From contig NW_021834707.1 in assembly GCF_006345805.1 (NCBI RefSeq), positions 1-45,897 on the forward strand: a DNA stretch of 45,897 bases. Direction: 5' to 3'. The notes under the pieces are model-generated. The model did not search any database and had not been told where the DNA came from. It was given only the letters and a program-made list of their open reading frames with translations. The translations under genes and the position numbers were made by a program. The stretch's first letter is position 1. The number at the start of each line of letters is the position of its first letter. This document shows, one piece after another, positions 1-13,562 of this stretch. Origin of the DNA: Octopus sinensis (Eukaryota).

Positions 1-100
1 ACACACAAACCACACATGCACACACACCACACACACACACATATATATATATATATAGATAGAGAGAGAGGGGGGGAGAGAGGAAGATGGAAAGAGAAAG
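1..100. repeat. Compound (CA)n/(TA)n/(GA)n microsatellite
   Basis: Read directly from sequence. Confidence 0.95.
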
Positions 101-269
101 AAAGTGAGACGTCTAGGTGTTGAAGAGGGATAAGAAAGGATTGGCTACTGATGTTAGAATCTGCTATAGCCGTTGCTGCCACTGCCACTGCTGCTGCCGC
201 TGCTGCAGCTACCGCCACTGCTGCTGTTATTAGAATGAAGTACAATATTGTCATATGGAAATAATTAGT

Positions 270-480
270 TTGTTGTTGGTTGTTTAGCCCCAGGTCAGTT
301 TCCATTGAATAGACAAACGATCAACAGAATTCCTGAATTGATCCACCTGTCATTATTTTAAAATCTAGAACTATATCGTCCAATGTGTTCTTCCTTTTCT
401 TAAGACAGCTGAACATAAATTTCAGGGGATTTGAATCCCATTTTACAGCAGGTCGAGAGACTGCATAGCGGTCCCCACGT
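270..480 (-). mobile_element. Degenerate dispersed repeat (family D, SINE-like)
   Basis: gtttagccccaggtcag is the reverse complement of the tail seen at 9325-9345 (gggctgaccaaggggctaaac); agcaggtcgag matches gctcgacctgc at 2238-2248. Confidence 0.45.
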
Positions 481-750
481 CGGATTGTTCGAAATAATTA
501 GCTTTGACAGGTGGTGATTAAATGAGAGTAGTAGTAAAATGATGTGTAGAGACTACAGAGTTGGCGGGGGGGATGAAAGAAGGAAGGATTGGGATCGGTT
601 GAATAAGATGGAGGAAGCGAGAAGGTTTGAAATCGAGAGACAAAGAAGGTTCATGGAAAATGGGAAGTAAAGGACTATGGTGGGAGCAGCGCTGGATTAA
701 CCATTATGCAAAGTAAGCACGTGCTTGGGCATCAAGGGAAGGGAAGCGTC

Positions 751-1013
751 TTAGAAATGGTAAATGGTTTACGGCACAAAAGAAATCACTTTAACCTTGT
801 TAAAATGATATTCGATTGGTTTATATGAACGGGAATATAATTTCGAAGTGTTCATGGTGTCATAGTGAGGATTTGATCAGTGTTTTAGAAATGGTAAATG
901 GTTTGCGGCACAAAAGAAATCACTTTAACCTTGTTAAAATGATATTCGATTGGTTTATATGAATGGGAATATAATTTCGAAGTGTTCATGGCGGCATAGT
1001 GAGGATCTGATCA
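751..1013. repeat. Direct tandem duplication, 134-bp unit x2
   Basis: ttagaaatggtaaatggttt starts at 751 and 885; copies differ by only a few substitutions. Confidence 0.95.
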
Positions 1014-1867
1014 AAGACTTTTGCCATTAGAAAAGATAGGAGAAAACTTTTCAAATATAATAAAATGGAAGTAAATAAAAATAAACATTAGCTTCCATCT
1101 TACTGTTAGTTTTGGTTCATTCTGAAAAAGAAATTTTAAATCTTAATCTATTATTGTTTATAATTTGAATTACATATGTACGGGGGCACCAAAATCTTTG
1201 ATTTGGAACTCATTCCAAATAGCCTTTTTCCAAAAAATCTACACGCTGCAAAATTTCATTTAAAAAATACATGCATTTGTCAGTAAATGCTGAAGCAAAG
1301 TCGCTGGGGGCACCAAACTGCAGTTATATCAAGGCAATGCACTTAAAAGGCAGGTTACATTCCTAGATTTGTAGGAATGTCGTCCCAGATCAGAGTTATA
1401 ATTTGTAGAGAATTCACAACCGAGACAGATTCAGATCTCATATCAGCCCCTTTGGTCAAATCTATTCTAGCCATCATCAAATACAAATAGAATTGTAATT
1501 TGAAGGGAGATGTCCTACTGATTTTAGCAGACTTGATAATAGATGAACAGCTGACAACTGTTATGAGCAAACTGCAGCCCATAGGACTTTCTGAATGGCA
1601 TGCAACGAAAAACTACCTTTCATTCTTTTTTATAGTTTGGCTGTTCTGATGATGAGCCACGTCTCATGAAGCCCATGGGCTTCTATGGGTCTTAATCCGG
1701 CCCTCAGTGAGAGAGAAGGAATTAATGTTTGTCAGGGTAAATTTAGGATGATACGTGTCTTACTTTGTTAATTTATTTATACATTGATTACAAGTGTTCC
1801 CCCAACGACTTCTCATAGTACCAAAATATCACGCACAGACGCGCGCATGCGCATACAGGTATCATTT

Positions 1868-2020
1868 TGGAGTAAGGTGGCGAGCAAAATGCTTAATAAC
1901 TTTTCGTTAATCCTTACGTTCTTAGTTTAAATTCCGCAGAGGTCGACTTTGCCTTTCATCCATTTGGGGGTCGATATAATAAGTACTAATTGAGCACTGG
2001 GGTCGATGCAGTTCAACAGG
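1868..2020 (+). mobile_element. Degenerate SINE family A
   Basis: aattccgcagaggtcgactttgcctttcatcc...ggggtcgat core shared with intact copies such as 44358-44585. Confidence 0.8.
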
Positions 2021-2375
2021 CCTCACAACGAGGCACTCAAACAGTTGCTGATCCCTTGCAAGGTTCAAGTGAAACCCATAATTAAATACTGGCCGCTTAA
2101 ATGCAACGGTGCTGTTTATATATATATTACACACCCTTGAGCACTTCCAAAAGAAAGCAATCTGACGTACTGATGTGGGTGTCAGAAACCACTATACCCT
2201 AACTTCTAAATGTACCGCAAACTAATCAAAGGGCCTTCATGCGGATGCTCGACCTGCAAAGAGTACCTCCTAAATCTCCCTAAACTAACACGTTATCTTG
2301 AAAATTAAAGGACCAGCGCTCATGTCAGTATATATGTTAAAAGTCATATCCTATATCCTCTTTTATATTCTTTTC

Positions 2376-2510
2376 TAGTTTAGGCACAAGGTCTGAAATT
2401 TTAGGTAAGGGGACCAGTCGATTAGATCGACCCCAGTACGCAAAGATGAAAGGCAAAGTCGACCACGGTGGAATTTGAACTCAGAATGTAAAAAAGACAG
2501 ACGAAATACC
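2376..2510 (-). mobile_element. SINE A, tail variant 2, starting at the internal GGTAT site
   Basis: Reverse complement of ggtatttcgtc...gagttcaaattcc...tttcagaccttgtgcc. Confidence 0.85.
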
Positions 2511-2674
2511 AATTTCTTTACTGCCCACAAGGGGTTACACACAGAAGGGACAAACAAGGACAGACAAACGGATTGAGTCGATTATATCGACCCTAGTGCA
2601 TAACTTGTACTTATTTAATCGCCCCCGAAAGGATGAAAGGCAAAGTCGACCTCGGCAGAATTTGAACTCAGAAC
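2511..2674 (-). mobile_element. SINE A, tail variant 1, 5'-truncated
   Basis: Reverse complement of gttctgagttcaaattc...cccttgtgggcagtaaagaaatt; its 3' end abuts GGTAT of the neighbouring copy. Confidence 0.9.
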
Positions 2675-2736
2675 TTTACCTATGCTTATTTGTAGCAAAT
2701 AAGTATAGGTAAAGTTACATTCCGAATCATGCCGAC

Positions 2737-2958
2737 TCATAAGGGCCGGTTTCCCTGTTTCCATGCGTATAAATTATCCACCTGGAGGGGACGCCGCTCC
2801 ATCGCAGGATTACTCATTTTTGCCGGGTGAGTGGACTGGAGCGACGCGAAATGAAGTGTTTTGCTCAAGAACACAACGCGTCGCATGGTCCGGAATCGAA
2901 ACCGCATTCTTACGATCATGAGTCCAACACCCTAACAACGAAGCCACGCAACCACACT
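2737..2958 (-). mobile_element. tRNA-headed SINE (family C) with V-SINE-like central domain
   Basis: Minus strand: tRNA-like head (ggactcatgatcgtaag, GGTTTCGATTCC B box), then ttgagcaaaacactt...cctgcgatggagcggcgtccc, resembling the V domain. Confidence 0.7.
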
Positions 2959-3064
2959 TGTAGCAAGTAAGTCATAGTATATGTGTGTGTGTGTGTGTGG
3001 TGTGTGTGTGTCCGTCCGTCTGTGTCTGTGTCTGTGTGCGCGCGCGTGAGTGAATGTATAACAT

Positions 3065-3120
<56 letters not shown>

Positions 3121-3860
3121 TATATATAATGAAGGCTAATGGCATTTTAAAATTTACTACAGCTGTCTTCATGTGTTCTTTTTATACCCACGCCGCACCC
3201 AGAACCAACCCTGAGTCGGACCTACGATTTAAATTTGATTTGGTACTTCCACATCTAAATATCAGCAGCATACTATCAACACACGATACCTCATGGTGGT
3301 TTTATCCTATGTTATGGCACCTAGCCAGTTCTGGCGTCCTACATGTTGACACACCAAGATTCTTATGAATCCGATAACTAATCTATATATACATAAGTGT
3401 GTGTGTGTGCGTGTGTGGTGGCATTTATGTATGCATGTGTGTGTGCGCATTGTATGTATGTATGTATGTATGTATGTATGTATGTATGTATGTATGTAGT
3501 ATGTGTGTGTACGTATGCATAAAGCTATCTTCGCTCGCAAACAGAAAGTACATTTGATTTTATCTGGACAATGTATATTCATGTATTATTCCATTATAAT
3601 GTCTGAACGTACCATAGGAGTTATTTACAGAGTATTTCATGTCGACAGTTTACTGACAAAAGTAAATAGAGTTAAGTGCCTTGCCCAAGGATTCAATACA
3701 ATGTATACAGCCGACAATCGAACAATTGTTGTGAATGCAATGTTTGTTCTCTCGACTAATATACTATGAGAACATTATATTCTATACCTCATATTCCTGC
3801 ATCACGATATGTATGCGTGCCCTAGTATATATGCATGTGTGCGCGTGTGTATGGAGGGAG

Positions 3861-3903
<43 letters not shown>

Positions 3904-4259
3904 AATGGTGAGAGTGCCAGAGAGAAAGAAATTTGTAGTGGTGAATAATGATTTGTGGTTTAGGCGCGAGGGCAGCAATTTTGAGGAAGAATAAGTTGGT
4001 CGATCATATCGACCCTTGAGGAATACTTTGTTTTATTGACATCGGAGCGATAAAAGGTAAGGCTGGGTTTGACGAGATTCGAACTCAGAAGCTAAAGAGC
4101 CGGAATGGGGCTGTGAATTATGGAAAGAACAGATAAATAGATAAAAAAAAAGCGTCTTTCTATGATATTTTAGGCTTTTGATATTGTGAGGAAAAAACCG
4201 TAAGAAAAACGGAGTTGTACATCTTAGTTCATTGTACGTACGTCTAGCTTTCTGGAAAT

Positions 4260-4970
<711 letters not shown>

Positions 4971-5714
4971 ACCGAAATCAAAATATCTCTATTTGTCTAA
5001 GTAAGTATATGTACAAATATGCCGATGACCGTTTAATTGTAGCTTATCCTCAATAGGTTTTCTTATTTAAAATAAAACAGCTCTTAAAGATAGCGTTCTG
5101 CTAACAAGAAGAAAAGAAAGAAATGGCGATATATGATGCATCAAAGATGGTGGATGATCTAGCTATCATTTGTATGAGGATGCGCGCCATCAACAACTAA
5201 ACGGCTTGTCAAAGCGAAGATGTGAGCAGCGGAAGTGTGGTGGTGGTGGTGATGGTGGTGATGGTGGTGGTAGTGGTGAGCCGGAGCCGATAATGACAAC
5301 GCTTGAAGCGAACAGCTGTCATTTCTCGCTTCTATTCGCAGACGACATCTTCCTCAAGCAGAATTTTTACATTTTCTTCATTATTAATACCAACAACTAC
5401 ATGATGGAATTTACGTTAGCAAAGCATTTTGATTGGCTGAGAAATTGTGCGTACGTATATATTATATATGTGTATGTTTACAAATTCGTAGGTTTGTATA
5501 TATGTGTGTGTTTCAGTACCATGTACTTTTGTATTTTATTTGTGTGAGTAAGTCTGCTGTTGGTGTAACAGAGTATGTCTTACGTTTCTATATTCTACTA
5601 CAAGGCTTGTTGTGTGTATTTGAATATATAAATATAACTGTAGATGGGTAAATACTTATAGTTGCGTAGTTGCATATTGGTGTGTTTTCGCAGGTGTGCG
5701 CGAGTGTGCGTTTA

Positions 5715-5716
5715 TG

Positions 5717-5748
<32 letters not shown>

Positions 5749-5782
5749 TGTATGTATGTGTATGTATGTATGTATGTATGTG

Positions 5783-5814
<32 letters not shown>

Positions 5815-5915
5815 ATATATATATACATACATACATACATACATACATACATACACATACATACATACATACATACATATTATATATATATATATATATT
5901 TATATAAATTTTATA

Positions 5916-5963
<48 letters not shown>

Positions 5964-5980
5964 CTATGTATGTATCTATG
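5715..5980. repeat. (TATG)n-(TA)n-(CATA)n microsatellite field
   Basis: Read directly. Confidence 0.95.
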
Positions 5981-5991
5981 TGGTATCTCTC

Positions 5992-6207
5992 TTTTACTAT
6001 TTTACTTGTTTCAGTCATTTGACTGCGGCCATGCTGGAGCACCACCTTTAGTCGAGCAAATCAACTCCAGGACTTATTCTTTATTAGCCTAGTACTTATT
6101 CTATCGGTCACTTTTGCCGAATCGCTAAGTTACGAGGACATAAACACACAAGTATCGGTTGTCAAGCGATGTTGAGGTGGGGGACAAACACAGACACACA
6201 CACACAA

Positions 6208-6251
<44 letters not shown>

Positions 6252-6373
6252 ACATATATACGACAGGCTTCTTTCAGTTTCTACAAGGCTTTTGTAGGCC
6301 CGAGGCTATGGTAGAAGGCGCCACACAGAAGGTCTGAACCCGGAACCATGTGGTTGATAAGCAAGCCACTTAC
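5992..6373 (-). mobile_element. SINE family B (tRNA head, internal TA/TG microsatellite)
   Basis: Reverse complement of the 10230-10647 element, with a deletion in the middle. Confidence 0.9.
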
Positions 6374-6910
6374 CTTTGACTGAAGGGGTTCCCACCGAGC
6401 CCATCTCATCTTTAATCAATAGTTCAAGGTAACATTAACTTCGATGTACGTTGTCTCCTCCATTAATGGTGGGAGATGTAGCTGTAACTTCTAGTAGACC
6501 AGATAGTTACGTAGTAGTTTTCTTCGTTAGCTTGTGACACTATTTGTTGCTAATATTTGTTGCAGGTTAGCTCTGATCAAAGGCATTCCAACCGTGGCCA
6601 TCCTATCTTTTATTCAAACATAGCATATCTTAGACATTATTATCCAATATGTATTTCCCTTCCCGAAGAAAGCAAGTGTAATTTTGTTGTACCTTTAGCA
6701 CTGGTTCTATTTCCCTTCTATTATTATCAGTCATCTAGTAAACCAATTAACCAATTAGTTCATTGAGTGTTTGATTAGATGTTCTGTCAATCAACCAATC
6801 ATTTAGATTCGTCAGAGTCCTTTCGACGCTATTCGCGACCACATCTATGACGTACACTCTCTGATCAATATCCCGGACTTGTCATCGATGAGGAGCCGAT
6901 TGATCGATAT

Positions 6911-7238
6911 ACTCCTTTACTCTTTTACTCTTTTGTTTGTTTCAGTCATTTGACTGCAGCCATGCTGGAGAACCCCCTTTAGTCGAGCAAATCGACCCCA
7001 GGACTTATTCTTTGTAAGCCTAGTCCTTATTCTATCGGTCTCTTTTGCCAAGCCACTAAGTTACGGGGACGTAAACACACCACCATCGGTTGTCAAACGA
7101 TGTTGGGGAGACAAACACAGACACAAAAACATATACACACACATACATATATATATATACATATCATATATACGACGAGCTTCTTTCAGTTTCCGTCTAC
7201 GAAATCCACTCACAAGACTTTGGTCGGCCCGAGACTAT
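6911..7238 (-). mobile_element. SINE family B, head missing
   Basis: cttttactctttt...gtttcagtcatttgactgc...ttggtcggcccgag matches family B. Confidence 0.9.
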
Positions 7239-7722
7239 ATGATTTATAAAATAATCGGTCAGTTAATTGATTGAAAGAAAAACGAAAGTTCAATTTGATT
7301 TGGGGTTTGGCTGCTATTTCTACAAAAACCGATCATCCATATTCAGGCACCCCCACCCCCATCCCCCGTTCTTTTGAGCAATCCAAATCTTTAGCTCAGC
7401 TTTCATCCCTTTGTCAACAACGGTTTCATATATAAGTATAATAAAACCTTGAATTTTTAGCCGTTCATAGAAATGAGATATCTTAAGTAGGAAGTCACTT
7501 GAGAAGTTTCCACGCTTCGCTCGGCTCTTCAGATTTGTTTTAAAGACGGAAGGAAGTCCTGAAAGTAATTACAAATAAACACAGAAGATGAGCTGAAGTG
7601 TCGGATCAATCTTTGTTTGTCTTTAAATATTCATATAACATATTCATATATATATATATGTATATATATATATTCATATATATATATTTATATATATATA
7701 ATATATATATATATATATAATA

Positions 7723-7802
<80 letters not shown>

Positions 7803-7805
7803 TAT

Positions 7806-8917
7806 GGGAGGCCAGTGGTTAGAGCAGCGGACACGCGGTCGGTGGACCGCGGTTTCGTCTCCCAGAGCAGACGTTGTTTGTGTTTTTAGAGCGAAAACAC
7901 ATAAAGATCAAAGACGAGCGCCGAAAGAGATCAAAGAGGAGTCCCGAAAGAGATCAAAGAGGAGTCCCGAAAGAGATCAAAGAGGGTGCCGAAAGAGATC
8001 AAAGAGGGTGGTGAAAGAGACCAAAGAGGAGTCCCGAAAGAGATCAAAGAGGGTGCCGAAAGAGATCAAATAGAGGTGCCGAAAGAGACCAAAGAGGAGT
8101 CCCGAAAGAGATCAAAGAGGGTGCCGAAAGAGATCAAATAGGGTGCCGAAAGAGACCAAAGAGGAGTCCCGAAAGAGACCAAAGAGGGTGCCGAAAGAGA
8201 TCAAATAGGGTGCCGAAAGAGACCAAAGAGGAGTCCCGAAAGAGATCAAAGAGGGTGCCGAAAGAGATCAAATAGGGTGCCGAAAGAGACCAAAGAGGAG
8301 TCCCGAAAGAGATCAAAGAGGGTGCCGAAAGAGATCAAATAGGGTGCCGAAAGAGACCAAGAGGAGTCCGAAAGAGACCAAAAGGGTGCCGAAAGAGATC
8401 AAATAGGGTGCCGAAAGAGATCAAAGAGGAGTCCCAAAAGAGATCAAAGAGGGTGCCGAAAGAGATCAAATAGGGTGCCGAAAGAGATCAAATAGGGTGC
8501 CGAAAGAGATCAAAGAGGAGTCCCGAAAGAGATCAAAGAGGGTGCCGAAAGAGATCAAATAGGGTGCCGAAAGAGACCAAAGAGGAGTCCCGAAAGAGAT
8601 CAAAGAGGGTGCCGAAAGAGATCAAATAGGGTGCCGAAAGAGATCAAAGAGGAGTCCCGAAAGAGATCAAAGAGGAGTCCCGAAAGTGATCAAAGAGGGT
8701 GCCGAAAGAGATCAAAGACGGTGCCTAAGGCTCCACGAGGCTCCGGTAGGGGGTGGTAGCGACCCCTGATGTACTCATTCGCCGCAACTTTCTGTCACTC
8801 TTTCTTCTGTTGGTCTGCTCACTTAGCCAGCGGGGTGACGTCATTTGAAGGCTAAAACAATGCGCATTGTGACCAGCGATGTGTAGCAACATCTGATAAC
8901 CTGGTTGGTCACGTGAT

Positions 8918-8925
<8 letters not shown>
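7806..8925 (+). mobile_element. tRNA-headed SINE (family E) interrupted by a minisatellite
   Basis: A-box-like CAGTGGTTAGAGCAG and B-box-like GGTTTCGTCTCC; body resumes at cctaaggctccacgagg (~8724); tail (CACGTGAT)2. Confidence 0.75.
7903..8724. repeat. 22-23-bp minisatellite (~37 units) with ~67-bp higher-order period
   Basis: Constant CGAAAGAGA(T/C)CAAA alternates with GAGGAGTCC, GAGGGTGC or TAGGGTGC. Confidence 0.95.
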
Positions 8926-8958
<33 letters not shown>

Positions 8959-8989
8959 TATACGTATATATATCACAATTTTCAGTGGC

Positions 8990-9350
8990 TGTTCCACTCG
9001 AGGAAGCTGTTTCTGCTATGTGCATGATCGAACTGCCCGAAATAGCACCCAAATATTTCTTCCTCAAACCACAACGTAGCGTCATAAAAGAAGGAAAAGT
9101 TCCAATAAATAGATTTTTGTCTTTAAGTACTCCACACAAGGTAGGAACTTCTATGCCGCTAATTGATTTGCAAAGAATAGCAGCAATACTTCCATCCCTC
9201 GAATCGCAGCCTAACCATCTTATACAAACAAAAGAAAAAGGATATTGTACGATTTGGTGATAGATGTGTTAAGGACGGTGCGGTCACGACTGGAAGACCT
9301 TTTATCATAGGTATGCTTGATTAGGGCTGACCAAGGGGCTAAACAAACCC
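8990..9350 (+). mobile_element. Two degenerate family D copies
   Basis: gaaatagcacccaaat and aatagcagc segments, and tail atcataggtatgcttgattagggctgaccaaggggctaaac. Confidence 0.5.
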
Positions 9351-9697
9351 ACTGAGATACCTTCGTTGGTTTAAAATGAATTTAGTTTGACTTCAATAAA
9401 ATTTGAAACCGGGTCGCCAAGTTAGCCCGTTAACTGCTTCAAAATAAAGGTTTTTCAACTTTGTTTTAATAAAAGAAAAAAACAAAACTTTGTTGTAATT
9501 TCTATACCATTTCCGAAGACCTCTGTGGCATAAAGAACAATCATCTATCAATATTGAGCCAATATATTCCGGTAATATGGTAGTTTTTTAATTGTTATTT
9601 GGTAGCTAATCAAGGACCTGGCAACGCATTGGGTCCTTGAGCAAGTTAATTTATTTCATGTTACTCTAGCACACTTACTTGAAAATGTGTATCACAT

Positions 9698-9904
9698 GAG
9701 CGGCTGTGTGGTAGGTGGCTTGCTTACCAACCACATGGTTCCGGGTTCAGTCCCACTGCGTGGCACCTTGGGCGAGCGTCTTCTACTATAGCCACGGGCT
9801 GACCAAAGCCTAGCGAGTGGATTAGGTAGACGGAAACTAAAAGAAACCCGTCGTATATATGTATATGTATGTATATATATATATGTGTGTGTGTATGTGT
9901 GTGT
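9698..9904 (+). mobile_element. SINE B 5' half
   Basis: ggctgtgtggta...ccgggttcagtccc...gacggaaactaaaagaaacccgtcg, then TA/TG repeat. Confidence 0.9.
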
Positions 9905-10035
9905 GCAATTTCGGCTGGTTATACTCGAGATTACTCCAATCTGGCCAGCCCCAAAGAGAAACTAAGCTAAGAGCATTAGATTTCTTGGAAGAAAGCAAAG
10001 ACTTCCACGCACTTTATAAGGTGGCACTCTGTGGG
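9905..10035 (-). mobile_element. Truncated SINE-like family F carrying the hammerhead-like module
   Basis: Homologous to 12065-12200 and to the reverse complement of ~30860-30945. Confidence 0.8.
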
Positions 10036-10229
10036 ACTCCACCGATTTGATAGTGGCTTCCCATAGTGCAATCACCAGAAATAAAAACAGAGATATAAAT
10101 TTTTAATGCCCAAAAGCTCATTTTGATCTTCTTCAGCATTTTCTACCATTTGTCTTCCTAGAATATTTCCAAATAAGTAGCTTGTTCTACATCTTCTCGT
10201 GATTCTATAATCAGTATGCAAAATTTATA

Positions 10230-10647
10230 TGTAGGAGTGGCTGTGTGGTAAGTAGCTTGCTTACCAACCACATGGTTCCGGGTTCAGTCCCACTGCGTGG
10301 CATCTTGGGCAAGTGTCTTCTTCTACTATAGCCCCGGGCCGACCAATACCTTGTGAGTGGATTTAGTAGTCGGAAACTGAAAGAAGCCTATCGTATATAT
10401 GTATATATATATATATATATGTGTGCGTGTGTGTGTGTGTGTTTGTGTGTCTGTGTTTGTCCCCCTAGCATTGCTTGACAACCGATGGTGGTGTGTTTAT
10501 GTCCCCGTCACTTAGCGGTTCGGCAAAAGAGACCGATAGAATAAGTACTGGGCTTACAAAGAATAAATCCCGGGGTCGATTTGCTCGACTAAAGGCGGTG
10601 CTCCAGCATGGCCGCAGTCAAATGACTGAAACAAGTAAAAGAGTAAC
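10230..10647 (+). mobile_element. Full-length SINE B
   Basis: Head ggagtggctgtgtggtaagtagc...GGGTTCAGTCCC, internal microsatellite, tail gaaacaagtaaaagagtaa. Confidence 0.95.
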
Positions 10648-10907
10648 CCTATACAGATGTGTACTAGGATGATTACATTAAGCGACATACCCATCGCTTT
10701 TTATAATACCGTGTAGCTTCATGTTGTGGGGATTTAGTTACTATTTCTAGCCGATTATATATCGCAGAGGCTGCTGTCTTGATTTACGACACTTGGCCAC
10801 ATGGAACTACTAAAATAATACTTAGAAACATGGAGTTTGTTTTTCTGCAATGTATCTAATGCCAGCGCTGTTATATAACATTCCTTAAGCGTGTGCTTAT
10901 AAGTACA

Positions 10908-10945
<38 letters not shown>

Positions 10946-11039
10946 TATATATATATATATATATATAAATATGCATGTATATATATATATATACGTATAT
11001 ATATCCGTGCAAATATATGTATACTTTATATATATCTAT

Positions 11040-11075
<36 letters not shown>

Positions 11076-11629
11076 GACATATGCACATATGCATATATAT
11101 ATATGTGCAAATATATATTACATGTATTATACATGCATGTACATATATATATATATACACACATACATACATAGATATATATATATATATATATATACAC
11201 ATACATATATATATATATATTAGTTTCACACTATGTATTATAAACAAGGAAAACGAACGACCAAAAGAAAAATAAGAAAAGAAAAGCCCTCTACATTTAG
11301 TAACCAAACAACTCTAATATGCTCTTACTATGCGAGTATATTTTTATAAAGCATATATTGCTAACATATGCTTTACTTTATTTATTTTCTTGTTTTTGCG
11401 GTGATTTTTCTCATACATTTTTATCACCGTCGTTGTTTCTCATAAATCATTGGAAGGAATGCCTTGCGTATGTGCTCAGAGGTTTTACATTCTTAGTTCA
11501 AATCCTGCCGAGGTCAAATTTGCGTTTCATTCTTCGACGCTGGGTGAAAAAAAAATACCAGCCAAGTAATATAATCGATGGCGTTGATTAACACCATTAG
11601 CCAAAGTTTCAGCGAGTCTTATATTTGCC

Positions 11630-11851
11630 CTTTTAACTTTTTTGCCTTTTACTTGTTTCCAGTCATTGGACAGCGGCCATACTGGAGCACAGCTCCTGGA
11701 GGGTTTTAGCCGAACATATTAATTTATATCATTATTTTACGTCTGGTACTTATTCTACCGGTGTCTTTTGGTGAACCGCTAAGCCAGGACACGCAAACAA
11801 AGTAAGCCGGTTGTCAAGCGGTGTGAGATTGGGTGTTACACATGCACCCCA

Positions 11852-11870
<19 letters not shown>
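11630..11870 (-). mobile_element. Degenerate SINE B 3' half
   Basis: tttacttgtttccagtcattggacagcggcc...ccggttgtcaagcg. Confidence 0.75.
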
Positions 11871-11924
<54 letters not shown>

Positions 11925-11956
11925 GAGTGAGAGAGAGAGAGGAGAGAGAGAGAGAA

Positions 11957-12250
11957 AGAAAATACAAATATGGGACAAGAACGCGAAACATCCAGATAGA
12001 CGATACAAAGAAAACAAGGACGAGTCATTCGGAGTTTTCTATCCTCAGTCGAGTACCAGATCATTTTTGCAATTTCAGCTGGTTATACTTGAGGTTGCTC
12101 CAATCTATCCAGCCCCAAGTAGAAACTAAGCTAAGAGTATTAGATTCCTTGGTTGAAAGCAGGGACTTCCACGCAATTTCTAAGGTGCCACCCTGTGGGA
12201 CTGAACCCGAAACTGTGCGGTTGCAAAGCAACCTTTTTTTACCACACACC
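11957..12250 (-). mobile_element. SINE-like family F: B-type tRNA head fused to the hammerhead-like module and tail of the 820-bp element
   Basis: Minus strand: cgggttcagtcccacagggtggcacc head, then ggggctgg...CTGAGGA...gtccttgttttctttgtatcgtc...ttgtattttct, matching ~30860-31065. Confidence 0.75.
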
Positions 12251-12375
12251 ATATCCTGCGTCATCACTAACCAGATAATGAAGATTTCCTTCTTCATTCT
12301 TTTATATAACAGTTTACAGAGTTCATTTTTATTATCATTATATTACTTAATATTTTTTGAGTGTGTTTCGATATG

Positions 12376-12406
<31 letters not shown>

Positions 12407-12481
12407 TATATATATATACGCCAACACATACGTACATACATCTGCATATATATTATATATATATATATATCTATTATATAT

Positions 12482-12558
<77 letters not shown>

Positions 12559-13141
12559 ATATATATATATATAATATATACATATATATATAATATTATG
12601 TATATATATATATATATTATAATACATACATATTTTATATTATGTATGCACGTGTATATATAAATATAGAGATAGATATAGATAATGTATGATATATATA
12701 TATAATATATATATATAGATAATATATATACATACAACATATATATATATATATATATTATGTATGTATGTTTGTATGTATGTATGTATGTATGTATGTA
12801 AGTGTATATATAAATATAGAGATAGATAATTTAAACCATTCTATCCTTAACATACAGACAAAAACCATGTTTTATATAGTTTTTTTGTCTTATTTTTTTT
12901 ATTTACTTATTTTTTGTTCGTATTACCCTCTCCTAATCAATCTGCTTTTGTTTGCTTCTGCGTATACATTTTCTAGACCCACTGTGGTTACTTGTTAATA
13001 TTTTCCCATTTTTTTTCTATCAGCCACCCCCCTTTCCCTGTGCAGCTGGTAGGTCTGGCCTATCGATATCAGCTTTATAAGTGCAGTTTGTAGTTTTTTC
13101 TTTCTGTTATTTTCTCACATCAGCTCTTTAGTTCTAATAAC

Positions 13142-13562
13142 GGATCTTTTCGGTTTGAACGGCAGTTTTTTTACATAATTTCTTGGTAACTAAAAAATTT
13201 TAACTTCGTATACTGGTAGAATCTGTTTATAAAACATCTTTTTCTCTTGGCTTTATTGAGAAAATTCTATAGGTTGTAAGATATTTGTTGTTTTTTTTCT
13301 TCAATTTCTGCAATTTCAACCAATCAAATACGTCTATTGAGGTAAAAAAAAAACATTCTGTGCCGTATGAATATGTTCCTCGTTTAAGAAACAGATGGGT
13401 TTATTTACATTTGTGAAGAAAAAAAGATACCCTCTCCCCCACCCCTAACCCTAACCCTAAAACAGATTGAAATGCAATAGATCGATACTAAGGTCATAAT
13501 TATGGGTGACAATTTCATATGACACCACTAGAAAAAAACTGCCGTTCAAACCGAAAAGATCC
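13142..13562. mobile_element. Complete 421-bp MITE with GGATC termini (Merlin-like candidate)
   Basis: 31-bp TIRs ggatcttttcggtttgaacggcagttttttt (13142-13172) and its reverse complement (13532-13562); 8-bp TSD ctaataac at 13134-13141 and 13563-13570. Confidence 0.9.

Noticed and set aside
1646-1672. CTGATGA followed by a hairpin
   Set aside because: No GAAA in register and no helix I or III.
7505-7535. Minus-strand CTGAAGA...GAAAC
   Set aside because: Helix II is not closed next to GAAA, the cleavage triplet would be GUG, and there is no helix I.
7903-8724. CRISPR-like alternation of constant and variable segments
   Set aside because: The variable parts are only three recurring 8-9-nt variants, with no unique spacers and no cas genes, in a eukaryotic context.
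8985-9260. 91-aa ORF with plausible splice sites
   Set aside because: Overlaps degenerate family D repeat copies; no recognisable domain.
13443-13460. Interstitial telomere or chromosome fusion site
   Set aside because: Only three units, and they lie inside a MITE.
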